Part shown: positions 22,501-34,500 of the stretch, piece by piece
Layout: the number at the start of each line of letters is the position of its first letter
How positions within the stretch are numbered: position 1 is the first letter of the stretch
Assembly (NCBI RefSeq): GCF_003704095.1
Contig: NW_020846526.1
Span: 1-64,000 of the forward strand
From: Pocillopora damicornis
Taxonomy: Eukaryota
Direction of reading: 5' to 3'
DNA: 64,000 nt
Position numbers and translations under genes: made by a program
Notes under the pieces: generated by a model
Databases searched by the model: none
Told to the model about the DNA's origin: nothing
Seen by the model: the letters and a program-made list of their open reading frames with translations, nothing else

Positions 22501-25500
22501 CCCATCTGGGGATAGCTCTGATACTGAAGATTCGTCCTGATGAAAACAAAACAGAATTGTTTGTGACTCTTAAGTTTGGAAAGCGACCCTCTGCTAATAA
22601 CAGTGATATAAACGCAACCATCCCTAACTTCTCATCCTGCGCTCAGACGCCATCTGGTTCCTATGTCAACTGCTCAAGTGATCCATTCGAGGTATTTGTA
22701 AACAGTAAGGTCATCAAAAAGACAGGTGTTTACTTCATTGGAATACAATTTAAGTCAAAGAGTTTCTCTAGGAAGAGGCGGTGCTCGGGGCAAGGACGGT
22801 CCAAACGCACATGTGTGCAATATAAGGAAGTCCCTGCAGCAGATGATACTAAACCAGGGCAATCCCCCAATGACCCTCAATTCAGTAAAGGTAATGAAAA
22901 TTACACCATACAAGTGATGCCAGCTGCTTGTCTCTATTGGAATAATGCAATTTCTGAGTGGACTTATGATGGATGTGAGGTAAGTGAACCTTTTTGATCA
23001 GCGTCAATATAATCTAACCATTCACTTCAGAAAATCAAGTGTAGTCCTAACTTCATATATAAAATTTAGAGCTCTCTCACTGACGATAGCGTGCATGATT
23101 AACAGGTGGCTGAAACTACAACCATGGACATGATTCACTGCCACTGCAACCATTTGACTGCATTTGGAGGTGAATTGTTTGTGGCACCAAACCCCATCGA
23201 TTTTGACAAAGTATTTATTGAATTACAACACATCCCAGAGACTGGAAACGTAGCTGTTATAATAACAGTGAGCTGTGTGTTCGGACTTTACTTAATGCTT
23301 ATACTGTGGGTTCGAAAGGCTGACCAGAAGGATGCTTTGAAGGTCAGTTAAATTCTAAGGAGAAGACTATGGCGTTATTCTACAAATTTTTTCTGTTGAT
23401 TTTGATCCTATTAAAATGAAAACATGTCTATTATTATCATATTTGCGTTTACTTTTTCGTCTATTGCAGATCGGTGATAAACCATTTTTGGGATCTTTAT
23501 CGCCCTGGTGTTGTCGATACGAGATTGAGATATCCACAGGCATTTGGTCGAATTCTGGAACCAGTGCTAAGGTGTATTTAGTGCTTGAGGGCGAGCTGGG
23601 ATCCAGTCGGCCTTATCATTTAAAGAGGGGCTCCTTCATTCCATTTGCAAGGGGAAGCTTAACGTGTTTCACCCTCTCCATTCCCAATAATGTTGGCCCC
23701 TTACGGAGAGTGCGCGTGTGGCATGACAACTCTGGTGAAAGCCCCTCTTGGTACCTAAACACAATCAAGATTTATGACGCGTTCAGTCAGGAGCTTAAGA
23801 ATTTTACTTGCCACAAGTGGTTGGCTGTTGAGAAGGCCGATGGACTAATAGATCGCACTCTTGCTGCTGATTCAACTGCCGGGAAGCGAAAGAATTTCTG
23901 GGAATCCTGCCGGAATACGCTGGCCGAAAAACTCGGTGATGGGCATCTGTGGTTTTCTATCGCAACCAGACCACCAAGTAGACGCTTCACTCGCGTGCAG
24001 CGCTTGTCGTGCTGCCTGTCACTTCTGTTGACTACAATGTTGGCCAGTGCCATGTTTTATCAGTTTGTTCCTGGGAACGCTCAGCAACAGCGCACATTTA
24101 GGTTGGGCCCTCTGGTCCTAAATTTGCGACAACTAATTATTGCAATGGAGAGCATTGTTGTAGTTTTTCCTGCAAATTTGATAATAGTAGGAATCTTCAG
24201 TCACGTGGCGACCAATGTCGACACACCAGGGCAACGTCAACAAAGATACAAGGTCAGAGAAAGGTTTAGCATCCACAAGGTCACCGAGAAACATCGATAC
24301 CAAAGAGGTCATCGGATGACCTTACCGTATTGCTTTGTTTACTTGGCCTGGTTCCTGTGTTTCATCTCTTCAGCTGCATCAGCAACTTTTATTATTCTAT
24401 ATAGTTTACAATGGGGTAAAGAAACAAGCGAGGAATGGCTTATCTCCATTTTTATGTCCTTGTTTGTGGAGATATTTGTTACCGAACCTGTAAAGATCGT
24501 CGTCGTGGCTTCATTTTTGTCATACTTTTGTCAGTCGGATGCTGACGAACTTGCTCAAACACCCGAGAAAGTCTTTCATTTTGATGAAGTTACCTTTGCT
24601 GATGGCCAAAAGGAAGATGAAAACGACGAAAAAATTGCCTTACCAAAGCCCCTGAGCAAGAAAGAATTACGCCGTGCGAGGATCTATCGAATGAGAGAGC
24701 TGCGTATGTACAAGGCGATACAGAAGATAGTCTGCTATTTTCTATACCTTTTGATACTGATGATCATTTGTTATGGAGGTCGGAGTCAGTACAGTTATTC
24801 TTTGAAATTATCACTAGTGCAAACATTTGGAGAGGTAATTGAGGTATGTTCAACCCTTAAACCCCTACGAGTAAAGAGCAATCTAATTTCTCCTTACAAA
24901 ATTACCTTTGATTTCCATATTCAGGTCACGGGAGGAAATGATCATTGAGTAAAGGAGCTCATGATAGTTAAACAAAGTCTCCTTGTTAGTACCTCAGGAA
25001 ATTTATAGAGAACAGTCTAGAGAATATGCAAACTGATGCTATGGTGTTAAGTACTAAGGCTCCTTTCATTCACCTAGTATACTATTGGCAACTTACTTAC
25101 ATTTTAAGTTATAGGGTAAGTATGGTAAAAATTGAGTCCCTGTCAACTCACATCATCTTTGTCCTGACGGGGGAGGGTAAGAGTTTCTGGTAACTGATAT
25201 AAACGCGCTCTTAATATATTGATTTTCCTTGCATTTCCAGTTATCTCAGTAAATTCTGATTTTCTTTTACGCTGCATTTCTCCGTTAGATCTCTTCTCAC
25301 GGGAACTTATGGCAGTGGATTCAAGACGTTCTATTTCCAGGAATTTACCAGGATGGAAAGGACTTGTCGTTTTCAAATTCTACTCCGTTCACTGGAGACG
25401 GTGATGCAGTCCTTGTTGGGATGCCCCGCCTCAGACAGCTAAGAGTGAAAAAAGGTGCGAACATTTATATTTTTCAACAGATATAAGTGGTAGTAAATAT

Positions 25501-27490
25501 TAACAAATTGCTTTTACTAAATAGTCTACTCTGTCGAAAATAAATGAATAAGAGGCATACGTTTCTAAAGAAACTGTAGTGCTGGTCTGTAAGGGGCATG
25601 ACAAGATGATTTAGTTCGTCAACTGAATTGATAATGTAAATTGGTCACTCAAGAGAACATCAAATGAATATAAATTGAGTTTACATTTTCTTTTTACCCA
25701 AAAGAGTTTCTTAAGCTGATTTTTGGAGCGTCAGCCTTTTTGGCCAGAGCGAAAGAGTCTGACAAAGGGCTCAGTAACACTCGAAACGTACGCTTTAGAC
25801 TCTTTGCGATGAGTTTTTCCTTTTGCTTGAGTTTTTCCTTTTTTCAACATTTGGCTGTGCAAACCAAAGTTTTTTTGAAGGTTTAAAAATACTGTGCACC
25901 GTTTAAGATTTAATTTTTAATTTTCACCTTTTAGATTCATGTCAAGTCGTTAAGGAAGCGAAATCTATTTTCAACTCTTGCATCGGGTCATACTCACTAG
26001 AAGCTGAAGATAAAACGGAGTTATATCAGCCAAGATGGCTTCCACTTTCATTGTCACAGAATACCTCAGCTGACACATTGAACAAGGTCTGCCCCAGGCC
26101 CTGGCGTTACTCTACAGCAGAGCAAACCGAAAGCCTTCCTTTCTGGGGAAGACTTTATCCTCTCTACAGTCAGGGTGGTTACCTAGCAGAACTGGGTTAC
26201 GACAGAAAGTCTGCCACGAAAGTCATTTCTGAGCTGAACATCTTTAACTGGTTTGACAAGTACACTAGTACTCTATTGATTGAATTTGCAATTTTCAACC
26301 CTCATGTCAGTCTGTTTAGTGCAGTTTGGATCCCGGTGGAGTTCTCACCATCTGGCTATGTGGCTTCTGGTCACGTGATTCACCCCCTTCACGTGTACAA
26401 CATTGGAGCTGGCTACAGTGTTGCTCATCTTGTTTGTCAGATATTGTTCATGTTGTTTATTGTTTACTTTGTCTTCAAAGAAACCAAAGAGATGATTCAA
26501 AAACTAAAACACTACTTCCGCCGATTTCTGAATTGGATTGAACTGGCTCAGATCTTTGCAGCAATTTCCTTTGCAGTCGCTCATATCTTTAAAGAGGTAG
26601 AACTCTCTGTTAACACGACTAAACTTCATGAAAATGTCTTCCAGTTTATAAGCTTTGACAGAGCAGTTTTAATCGATGATATGGAGACAGCATTCTTGGC
26701 ATTATTGATGTTTTTCAACACTTGGAAGTTGCTGTATTTGCTCAGATTTAATAGTCATGTTAAACGTTTGTCTGATGTCACGAAGGCGTCTTTCCTGGAA
26801 CTCGTAAACTGCTCAATAGGATTCTACGTCTTCATGTTCGCCTTTACTCATTTTGGATTCATTCAATTTGGAAGGGAGGTGGAGGAGTATTCCTCGCTCT
26901 CTAGTGCTTTCCAGTCCCTTCTCATCCAGGGAGTTTTAAGCGTCAGGACTGAATATCTTCAAGATTGTCATGATGTCATAGGTCCTCTTTTCTTCATAAG
27001 TTTCAACATGTGTCTGCAAGTGATATGGGTTAACATCTTTATCGCCATTCTTATTTATGATTACCGAACCGCTACGCAGTTCTCCAAAGGACGATTTAGC
27101 CTCGGGAGGTTTATGATAAGGAAAATCAAGGAGACTCTGCTTTGCATAGGAGATGGGAAATCATCTCATAAGGGACTGGACAGCAACAGGAAGAAAAGGG
27201 TGCATTGGAAAAACGAAAACAACAACAAGGACATCTGTAACAGCAAAAGAACCCACGGCAAGTCCCAGAATGCTTTTTCAAAAGAGTTAGACCGGTGTAT
27301 CACCCTGATGAGTCTAACGTTCAATGACCTCTACATTGACGAGTTTATTGAAGACATTGAGGACATCGAATTATTGAACCTGTGGGCGGACGCTTGTGCG
27401 CGTAGAAGGAATATACCTGAGAAAAGGAGGGCTGGTACCCAATCAGACGAAGTTGTGCAAGCAAAGAAAATAAAGAGTCGAGCACCTTAA
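16600..27490 (+). CDS. Polycystin-1-like (PKD1L family) protein, copy B: FN3-EGF-REJ-GAIN/GPS-TM1-PLAT-polycystin channel; start codon and signal peptide not in the assembled sequence
   Basis: GT-AG exons: 16600-16899 (FN3), 17182-17316 (6-Cys EGF), 17412-17858, 18295-18589, 19137-19731, 20098-20295, 20634-20759, 20966-21256, 21622-21861, 22275-22979, 23106-23342, 23470-24843, 25289-25454, 25935-27490. Phases are consistent, 6665 nt in total (about 2220 aa), no internal stop seen. Most exon sizes equal those of copy A. Confidence 0.94.
24850..25057. mobile_element. About 200-bp MITE (TTAA/CCCTT-ended, piggyBac-like) in a PKD1L-B intron
   Basis: Flanked by TCAA (24850-24853) and CTAA (25054-25057). 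The equivalent copy A intron reads gtatgt-TCAA-gcctccctt with no insert. Confidence 0.85.
25501..25885. mobile_element. Insertion containing a palindromic Penelope-related repeat with a decayed hammerhead core
   Basis: The intron is 480 bp in copy B and 100 bp in copy A. It contains GTTTCTAAAGAAACTGT (reverse complement of the tail at 41780 and 50807) and TCTGACAAAGGGCTC...CTCGAAACGT. Confidence 0.7.
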
Positions 27491-30400
27491 TTGGAGATCC
27501 TCTGAATGAATAGGTACGTGACGAGAATGTACTGTGGTTTGATAACTGAAAAGCGTGACGCAGCACGTTATCTAATAAATTCAAATGTAATTGACTTTAA
27601 AAGAACGAGTTCTTTGGAACCAGGGTTGTGAAGCAAGCACCAAATAAATTAGATTGTGTGAAACATGACTGGGTGTTTTTTAATCTCTTGACGTAGTATT
27701 AGTTCGCAGGTTCAAGCGAGGAGGAAGTTTTATGAGTTTTTAACAGCAGCGAAATAATTCTAAGGATTATCATTTAAAGTTATGAATGAGCGCAAATCGA
27801 ACTTTCACAATCAAAAATCATCCATTACGGGGGAGGGGAGACACTCCTGTGCTTTTGGACACAGAAAGCTACACTTTTGGGGCTTCAATTCTCACGGGTA
27901 AAAGCCGGACAGATCATCGCCCCATCACCGTTCTTAAAGGCCTTCACTACAAGGAAAGAAAAATTCCCAATTCAATTTCTATTCAAGTTCTATTTTAACC
28001 TCATCAAGGAACGATCTAAGTTTTGTGAAAGTTTTGTGTGATAAGGCTGGACGTGTTGCTCCGCCGCCTTGATTTATATCAACCACGTTTCGAAGGCTAG
28101 ACCATTAACTCTTTATAGATAGACTATGCTCAGGCTGACATTTATTATACTCACGTCTTTGCATAGCATGAAAAGAGACGAAGGATTGTGTGGCCGTTTA
28201 AAGTTAATTTAAAGTTAATTTAAAGTTAATTTAACATGTAATAATTCCATACATTTAAAAGCAAGTCTGTTGTGGTTTTCTGAAGTATAATTATTACCAC
28301 TTAAGTGCCGTATCTTTGCTTTACGACCGCCCGACTTTTTTAGCTCCTTATAAATAATTCCTTTGAGTCATGATGGGTTAATCAAGTATGATTTTCTTTA
28401 CCCTGCTCCTCATATATTTTCAGTCGCTCAAAACTCCATAACGCTCACTCCATAAAATCGGATTTAGTAATTCAGCCATTTTTTTCTTCACTTTGGTTCA
28501 TATGTGACTCTGATCTGCCTTTACGTCCCATTTTTGTTCGTTAGCCTTTATGAAGAGATTAAAAACTATTGTATTGCACTTGAAATCGCTATTGCCACTT
28601 AACCGATAATCTGTTAGGTTATTTACCTGAATCAACTATTGTAAGATATTCAGTTCGTCCGTTCGAGTTCTCTGACGAAACTCAGGCTTCTAAGGTACGC
28701 TTTTCCAGCTTATGTTTTTATCGTCTTGACCAAAAAATGTCATCATAATGAACACAAACTGCTCGCCGCCAAACATCTCACATTATAACTTCATCAAAGA
28801 ACCAATAACCAATCAAATGTTGTTCTCAAAATAGTCGCACCGCAGGAACGCACATTAAAAATTAGAATTTAGAAAATGATCATTGGAATAGGGCTATGTA
28901 AGTGGGATACAGTCTCTGAGTTTATAATCGCTTGCCATGACTTAATTCCACCTCTTTATCCCATTGAGGGCTTTTGTGGGTTTTATTGAGACATGCGCCA
29001 AAACACAATAATTCACGAGACCTTTAAGAGTTGTAAAGGTGATTCACAATGTGGGCTAATTTTCATATTTTCATTGTTGGTATGTTGACATAAGTTTTAA
29101 TTCAATTCTTGTTAAAAAGTGAATCGATGAAAGAACTGTCAAGAACATCCGCCTTCCCAGAGTAACCCCCATGTAACTGGATCATGTCCAAGTCGTTTCA
29201 TTTTCACAGTTCCTGCCTAAACGTTCACGACATTTTTCAGCCGTCTTGAAAGGCGCCCTAATCATCCCGGGATAAAACAAAAATCAAACAAGAACAGGAA
29301 AAACCTCAGCACTTATTTGCAACTTCATACTCTGGCTCTCTATAGACAAGAAAAAGATCAGTAGGTAAGTTCACTGATTAGATAAGTTCACTGATTAGGT
29401 TGACACGTTTTTCATCCTTTTTGCTGACTGATTGATAGCCAAATTTGAAATAGTAAATACTGTTGTGGAAATCAGAATACTCTGTGTGAAGGTTGGAAGT
29501 ATACAGTTTCGCAAACTCCCCTCTAAACTCACCTTCATTCGATCGTGAATTGTAAATATCAGTAATTCTTAGCCTTTAAGAATGTAGAGTGAATCATGTT
29601 GTCTCAAAACATACGCATTTCCGTTCGTTAATCGAAGGATCAAGTGCCGAAGCACGGGCGTCTTGCACTCCAGTTCACATAACGGGAGTTTTTCTTCTGT
29701 AACTTGGTCACAAATCATTACATCTGGACTAAACGACCATAATAATTTCACTTAAGACTTGATCGGCGTAACAGTCGAAAGTGTAGGTTATGTACATTCT
29801 TAAAAATTAAAGACACGTGCACTCTGAAGATGAAAAGTGTAGCGACATTATCAGGCCACCAAATACTGTTGTGTGACAGTCACACATATCTTTCTTAAGA
29901 GTGACAAGTTTCAGGAGGATGCGTCTGTCTTTACTCACTACTCTTGGTTCTTTTCTCACTCTCCGCGAATACGAGGGAAGTTTAAGTTTTTGTTAAAACT
30001 ACCACGAAATAAGTTATAAAATATACCGATATACCTCTCTCCTTTCGTAAGGTCTAATATGAAATCGTCACCGCGTAATGGTCACGAAATATTACAAAAT
30101 TAGCTTTAAATCGCTGGGAAATAACTAATTTAAGATTTTTCTGTTATACAGATATATAGATATATTTATGTACATGTATCTATTTCCCGTTTTCATACTT
30201 TTTAACGAAATAAATAGACAAATTACGACGTCTGAGATATACCTCCTTAAAAGAGATACGCCGTTATCGGGGGAGATGGAAATTGTTTTTACCGAGCTAT
30301 TGCTCTTTTGAAGGATGAAGACAGCGATGAAAAATATGTGGAAATTTCTAGATCAAGTGAAAGTTTGTTAGAAAAAAATTAAAGGTTTTTAAGCTGACAC

Positions 30401-31579
30401 TTTCCTCCACAAACTTCTTGGAGGATCTTGTCAGGAAAAGCAATTTCACGGGAACTCCGGCAGAAACTATGGACATATATTCAGATATGCATCGCTCCTT
30501 TTGCAACCCATTTGTACCTCATGACTTATCGTCGCAGAAGACAGGGCTCAGTTTTGAACCAATTATCAACGCTGGTTCGTTCTCAGTGATCACAACAAAA
30601 AAAGCAATGTGGGTGTTTGATCCCTTAAATGTATCACGATAATAATTAATGCTCAAGCACACCGTTTCAATNNNNNNNNNNNNNNNNNNNNNNNNNNNNN
30701 NNNNNNNNNNNNNNNNNNNNNNNNNNNNNNNNNNNNNNNNNNNNNNNNNNNNNNNNNNNNNNNNNNNNNNNCTGGCGCGACTACTATGTCAGAATATTGA
30801 TTAAGTTTGTTGGTATAATCATTAGCTGCCAAGTTGCATACATACAAAGCCAAACTCTATTTTTTCAGTTGCCCCAGAGAAATGACCACTAATGTTATGC
30901 AAGTGTCTATCTTAAATTGCTTAAAAATAGAATTCGGAAAATTCAATAAAGGTGAAAGAAATTATGAAAACAACTTCCAATCATCAGTTTTACGTATCTC
31001 ACTTTTTAAGAACAATGGTTTTTGTGAATAATATTGTTTGATTTGCTTTAGATCATCATAGGTGTAAAGTACGTTTTTCTTTAATTTTCTTGAAACACAT
31101 AAATTGTATTTAAAATCACAAGGTTCAACTTTTGCTAAAACGGGCTCAATTGATAAGAGGCGAATTTTTTTTTTTCGGAAACCATCGGATAAGACAATCT
31201 GCTTGTAAAGCAAACATCTTCAATACACCAAAATCGATTTGCGCAAATTGGTTCTTCACAACCCATTGTTATTTCTCTCAGGTGAACAATTACCCTATCG
31301 CATACTGTCATTTTTGCACAAAAAGACTTTTAGAGGCTTGTTGGAGTACATGTAAACAAACCTAACGCTGAAAAAACCTTCTTGTCTTCAACAAACATGA
31401 AAATCCATTCAGAATCGTTTCATTTTCTTTTGGAATCTGCAGTGAATGGCTCGATCTCTTGCGTCACGCAGGTGATACAAACACACTTGCGCCTGGCGTT
31501 TCTCGGTCTTTTGAAAAAATAATTTGTTCTGCGGCTGACTTCAAACATTCATTTTCTTTTTTTCAGTCTGGCTGGCAGA

Positions 31580-34500
31580 ATGGCAATTCGCTGGCTTGCT
31601 GTTCTGTGCGCTTGGGCGCTTATAGCGCAATTTACTCTTTCATTGCCCGAGGAAGAATACCCTGAAGAATTTGAACTCGATGAACCCGAGGGTAAGAAGT
31701 AGATTTTTTACCATAAAATGATGCCTTCGAATCTCTTCAAACGATTTGCAAATAAACTGAATGAACGAAGGAACTCTGCACTTGTACACCTATATCAGTC
31801 ACACACTGACTAGAGGGCAATTAATGTTTTGTAACATAAGTACCTCTCTTGCAACTCCATACTGTGCTTCAGAAAAGTTGTTGAGTCAACTGCGTTTGGT
31901 AGGAAGTTGAATAGATGAAACCAACTGGTTCGTGAGATGAAAAATATTGGTTTTTTTTTTCTGGGATATCCCAGAAGATACGCTGGCTTTTACTTTTACG
32001 TTAGTATTTTACTCAGATGATTTACATTAAGAGCCTGAAAATCAAGGAAACTCAACCTTGATCTGATACAAGATCAACTTACCTTCAGGCACTTAAAATT
32101 GAAGGTTTCGAATTATTCAATGACAAAAGGCAAAAAATGTGTTATACTGTTACTCTGTCTTAATCTAACAACTATATTTTTCTATACTTTTCTTCGTGAA
32201 ACAGCTCCAGAAGAAGAAGTCAAGACCAGGCAAAGGAGACAAAGTAAGAAAATTAACCAGCTTTCCTCCTTTCATAGAGCTATCTATCTGACCTATTTAC
32301 CCGAAAGTTAGCCTCTTAAACCTAAGCTACAACACTATGGGTTTCACTAATTGGTATTTTCTCATAAATTTCGCTTTTAACTTTGAACAAAGTGGAATGA
32401 AAGGATCTCTAATCTTACAATTCTCGAATTCATCACGAAATATTGTCCAATTTTGGGCGCATTCAGAGTCATTGCAGCTGAGTACATAGAAACGCGAGGA
32501 TCTTGATCGACAAATAAAATCCCTAAAAGGGTTTATTCTAACTTCGCACACCCTATTTTGCGAAAGTAATCATAGAGTGCATAACTTCCTTAGGTGGTAA
32601 GCTTGTAATGGGTTGGTTTTTTCTCAGAGGGCACGGTAACGAATCCTGCTGTCTGATTGGTTCTTAGTGAGGTCCGGATTTTCTATCGCTATCCGCGGTC
32701 GGGTGCAGGAACGCTCTCGTGAGTTGCCTAGTAGATCCCTAGCTTCGTTGCCATTTTTCATAAATTTATTTCGTTTTAGCGTCTAGGTAATTTTTCCAGC
32801 AAAGCATGTTTTTAGCAAATCAAGCCAATTTTTAATTTATTAGTCCTCTCTTTTCTCTCTCTCTCTCTTTCAAATTACTTTAGTTGCCAGCCAAAAATTG
32901 GTTTCGAAATAAATCTTTTTATAATAAAGTTCGGATATAACGCGCGCTGTCATTGGTTGAAAGAGCGTGCTCTATGAGAGTATAGAGCATAGAGCTGAGC
33001 TAAAGCTGTCACGCCATCTGCCAAATTGTACTATGTTCGACCTTTTCCGGGACTTCTTTTTAGCTTTTTTCCGATAATAGAAGTAAAATTTCGGAACAAG
33101 CGAGCCGGCAAGTAGCAACAGAAGAACCAAACAAAGGTTTGTAAACATACCAGGCGCCGTAATTTACGTTATTAAAACGTGAGCAGATACGAAAATCCTC
33201 AAAGAAAAAACAAAATAGACATTCCGAGTTTTAAAGATATTCAGGCTCAGTTAGATTGCAAGCTTACGTATGGTAATAAAAATCAAACACAGCCAACACT
33301 CTTATTATTTGCTACAATGGCGTGTGCAAATTTGGTCTTTCTTCCACCGAAAAATTTAAGTCAAATGAGACACTTTAACTAGACCCTAGGGGATTGAATG
33401 CGGCTTTTTCTCGTCGAATTCCTTCGGTTTCTGTTGTGAAATTTACTACAAACGAACGGTCAAACTCCCATAACTTAAAAACATAGAATAAAATTTAAGA
33501 GGTATTCTTTGTTGAAAGTGAATAATACTTTCCGTATGATCATTGACTTTTGTTGAAGAAAAAAATTGTCGTTTGTGGAGTTTGTTTGCTAAACCAGTGC
33601 CGTTGTTTTTTTAAAAGTGTACATGCGCTCTTTTTTTCTTACGCGCTCTATAATTGACAGGTGTCAGATCAAGACAGCTACTCGTAAAAAACTGTACACG
33701 TTTTCACCTTTACGCAAATAAAAATGTTCGGTGAACCCTCCCTCTTTAATTTGCATTACCTCTGTTATCGTTATTATTTATTCGCTTGAAAATTACATTC
33801 ATTTTATGGAAGATCTTGCCGTAATTACAGCCCTAAATCATTAAGTTTTAGAAAAAAAAAGTAAAAAGTGTTATTCTCCAGCTTAGATCGGTTCGTATTG
33901 GGAAACACTGTGCCCGAGGTCTTGAGTACTGGTACCGACGGTACTCAAGACCTCGGGCACAGTTGTTCCCAAAACGGACCTCTAGGATGGTGAATAACAT
34001 AATATTACATATATCCCTCCCTTAAATCTCCTGCTGCAGCCTTATTTCACGGTAGTGGACTTATTTTACTCAGTGTTACTCTCCACGGTCACATTTTACA
34101 TTTTGATTTTATAAAATGTGTTTCCTTTTAGTGCTAGCTTTTTTTTTGGGTGTGATTGCACAATTGTCTCGCAAGGACGTAGTTTACTTCTTTCAGAGTC
34201 GACCATTTCGATCTGAAGTTAAACGAGGAGCCCATAAAAACATTCTTAAACGCTTTAACCACTAGAAGTGAGGTGAAGTTCTCCCAAAAGTTTAAAAATT
34301 TTCAGTTCGAGGCCTTTATCTTGATACAACACCAACTTATCGTTATTGATTTACAGGGAAAATTATAAAGGGGAGAGTTACAAACACGTTCCTGGCAATT
34401 AATGGTGGAGGGTTAACGGGATTTGAACCGTTGTATGTTGTATGTTCTATATAATAAACTGCGTCGCCATACTTCTTCTATGTTCCGAATATAAACTACA

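Noticed and set aside
10605-24053. Matching antisense ORFs MALANIVVNRSDRQHDKRC (10605 +, 23787 -) and MDxGGVLTIWLCGF (8714, 26326)
   Set aside because: Shadows of the duplicated PKD1L coding exons, not independent genes.
7729-27490. PKD1L copies as two alleles of one gene, or copy A as a pseudogene
   Set aside because: Intron divergence and private insertions are too great for typical alleles, and copy A has open frames and canonical splice sites throughout the visible part.
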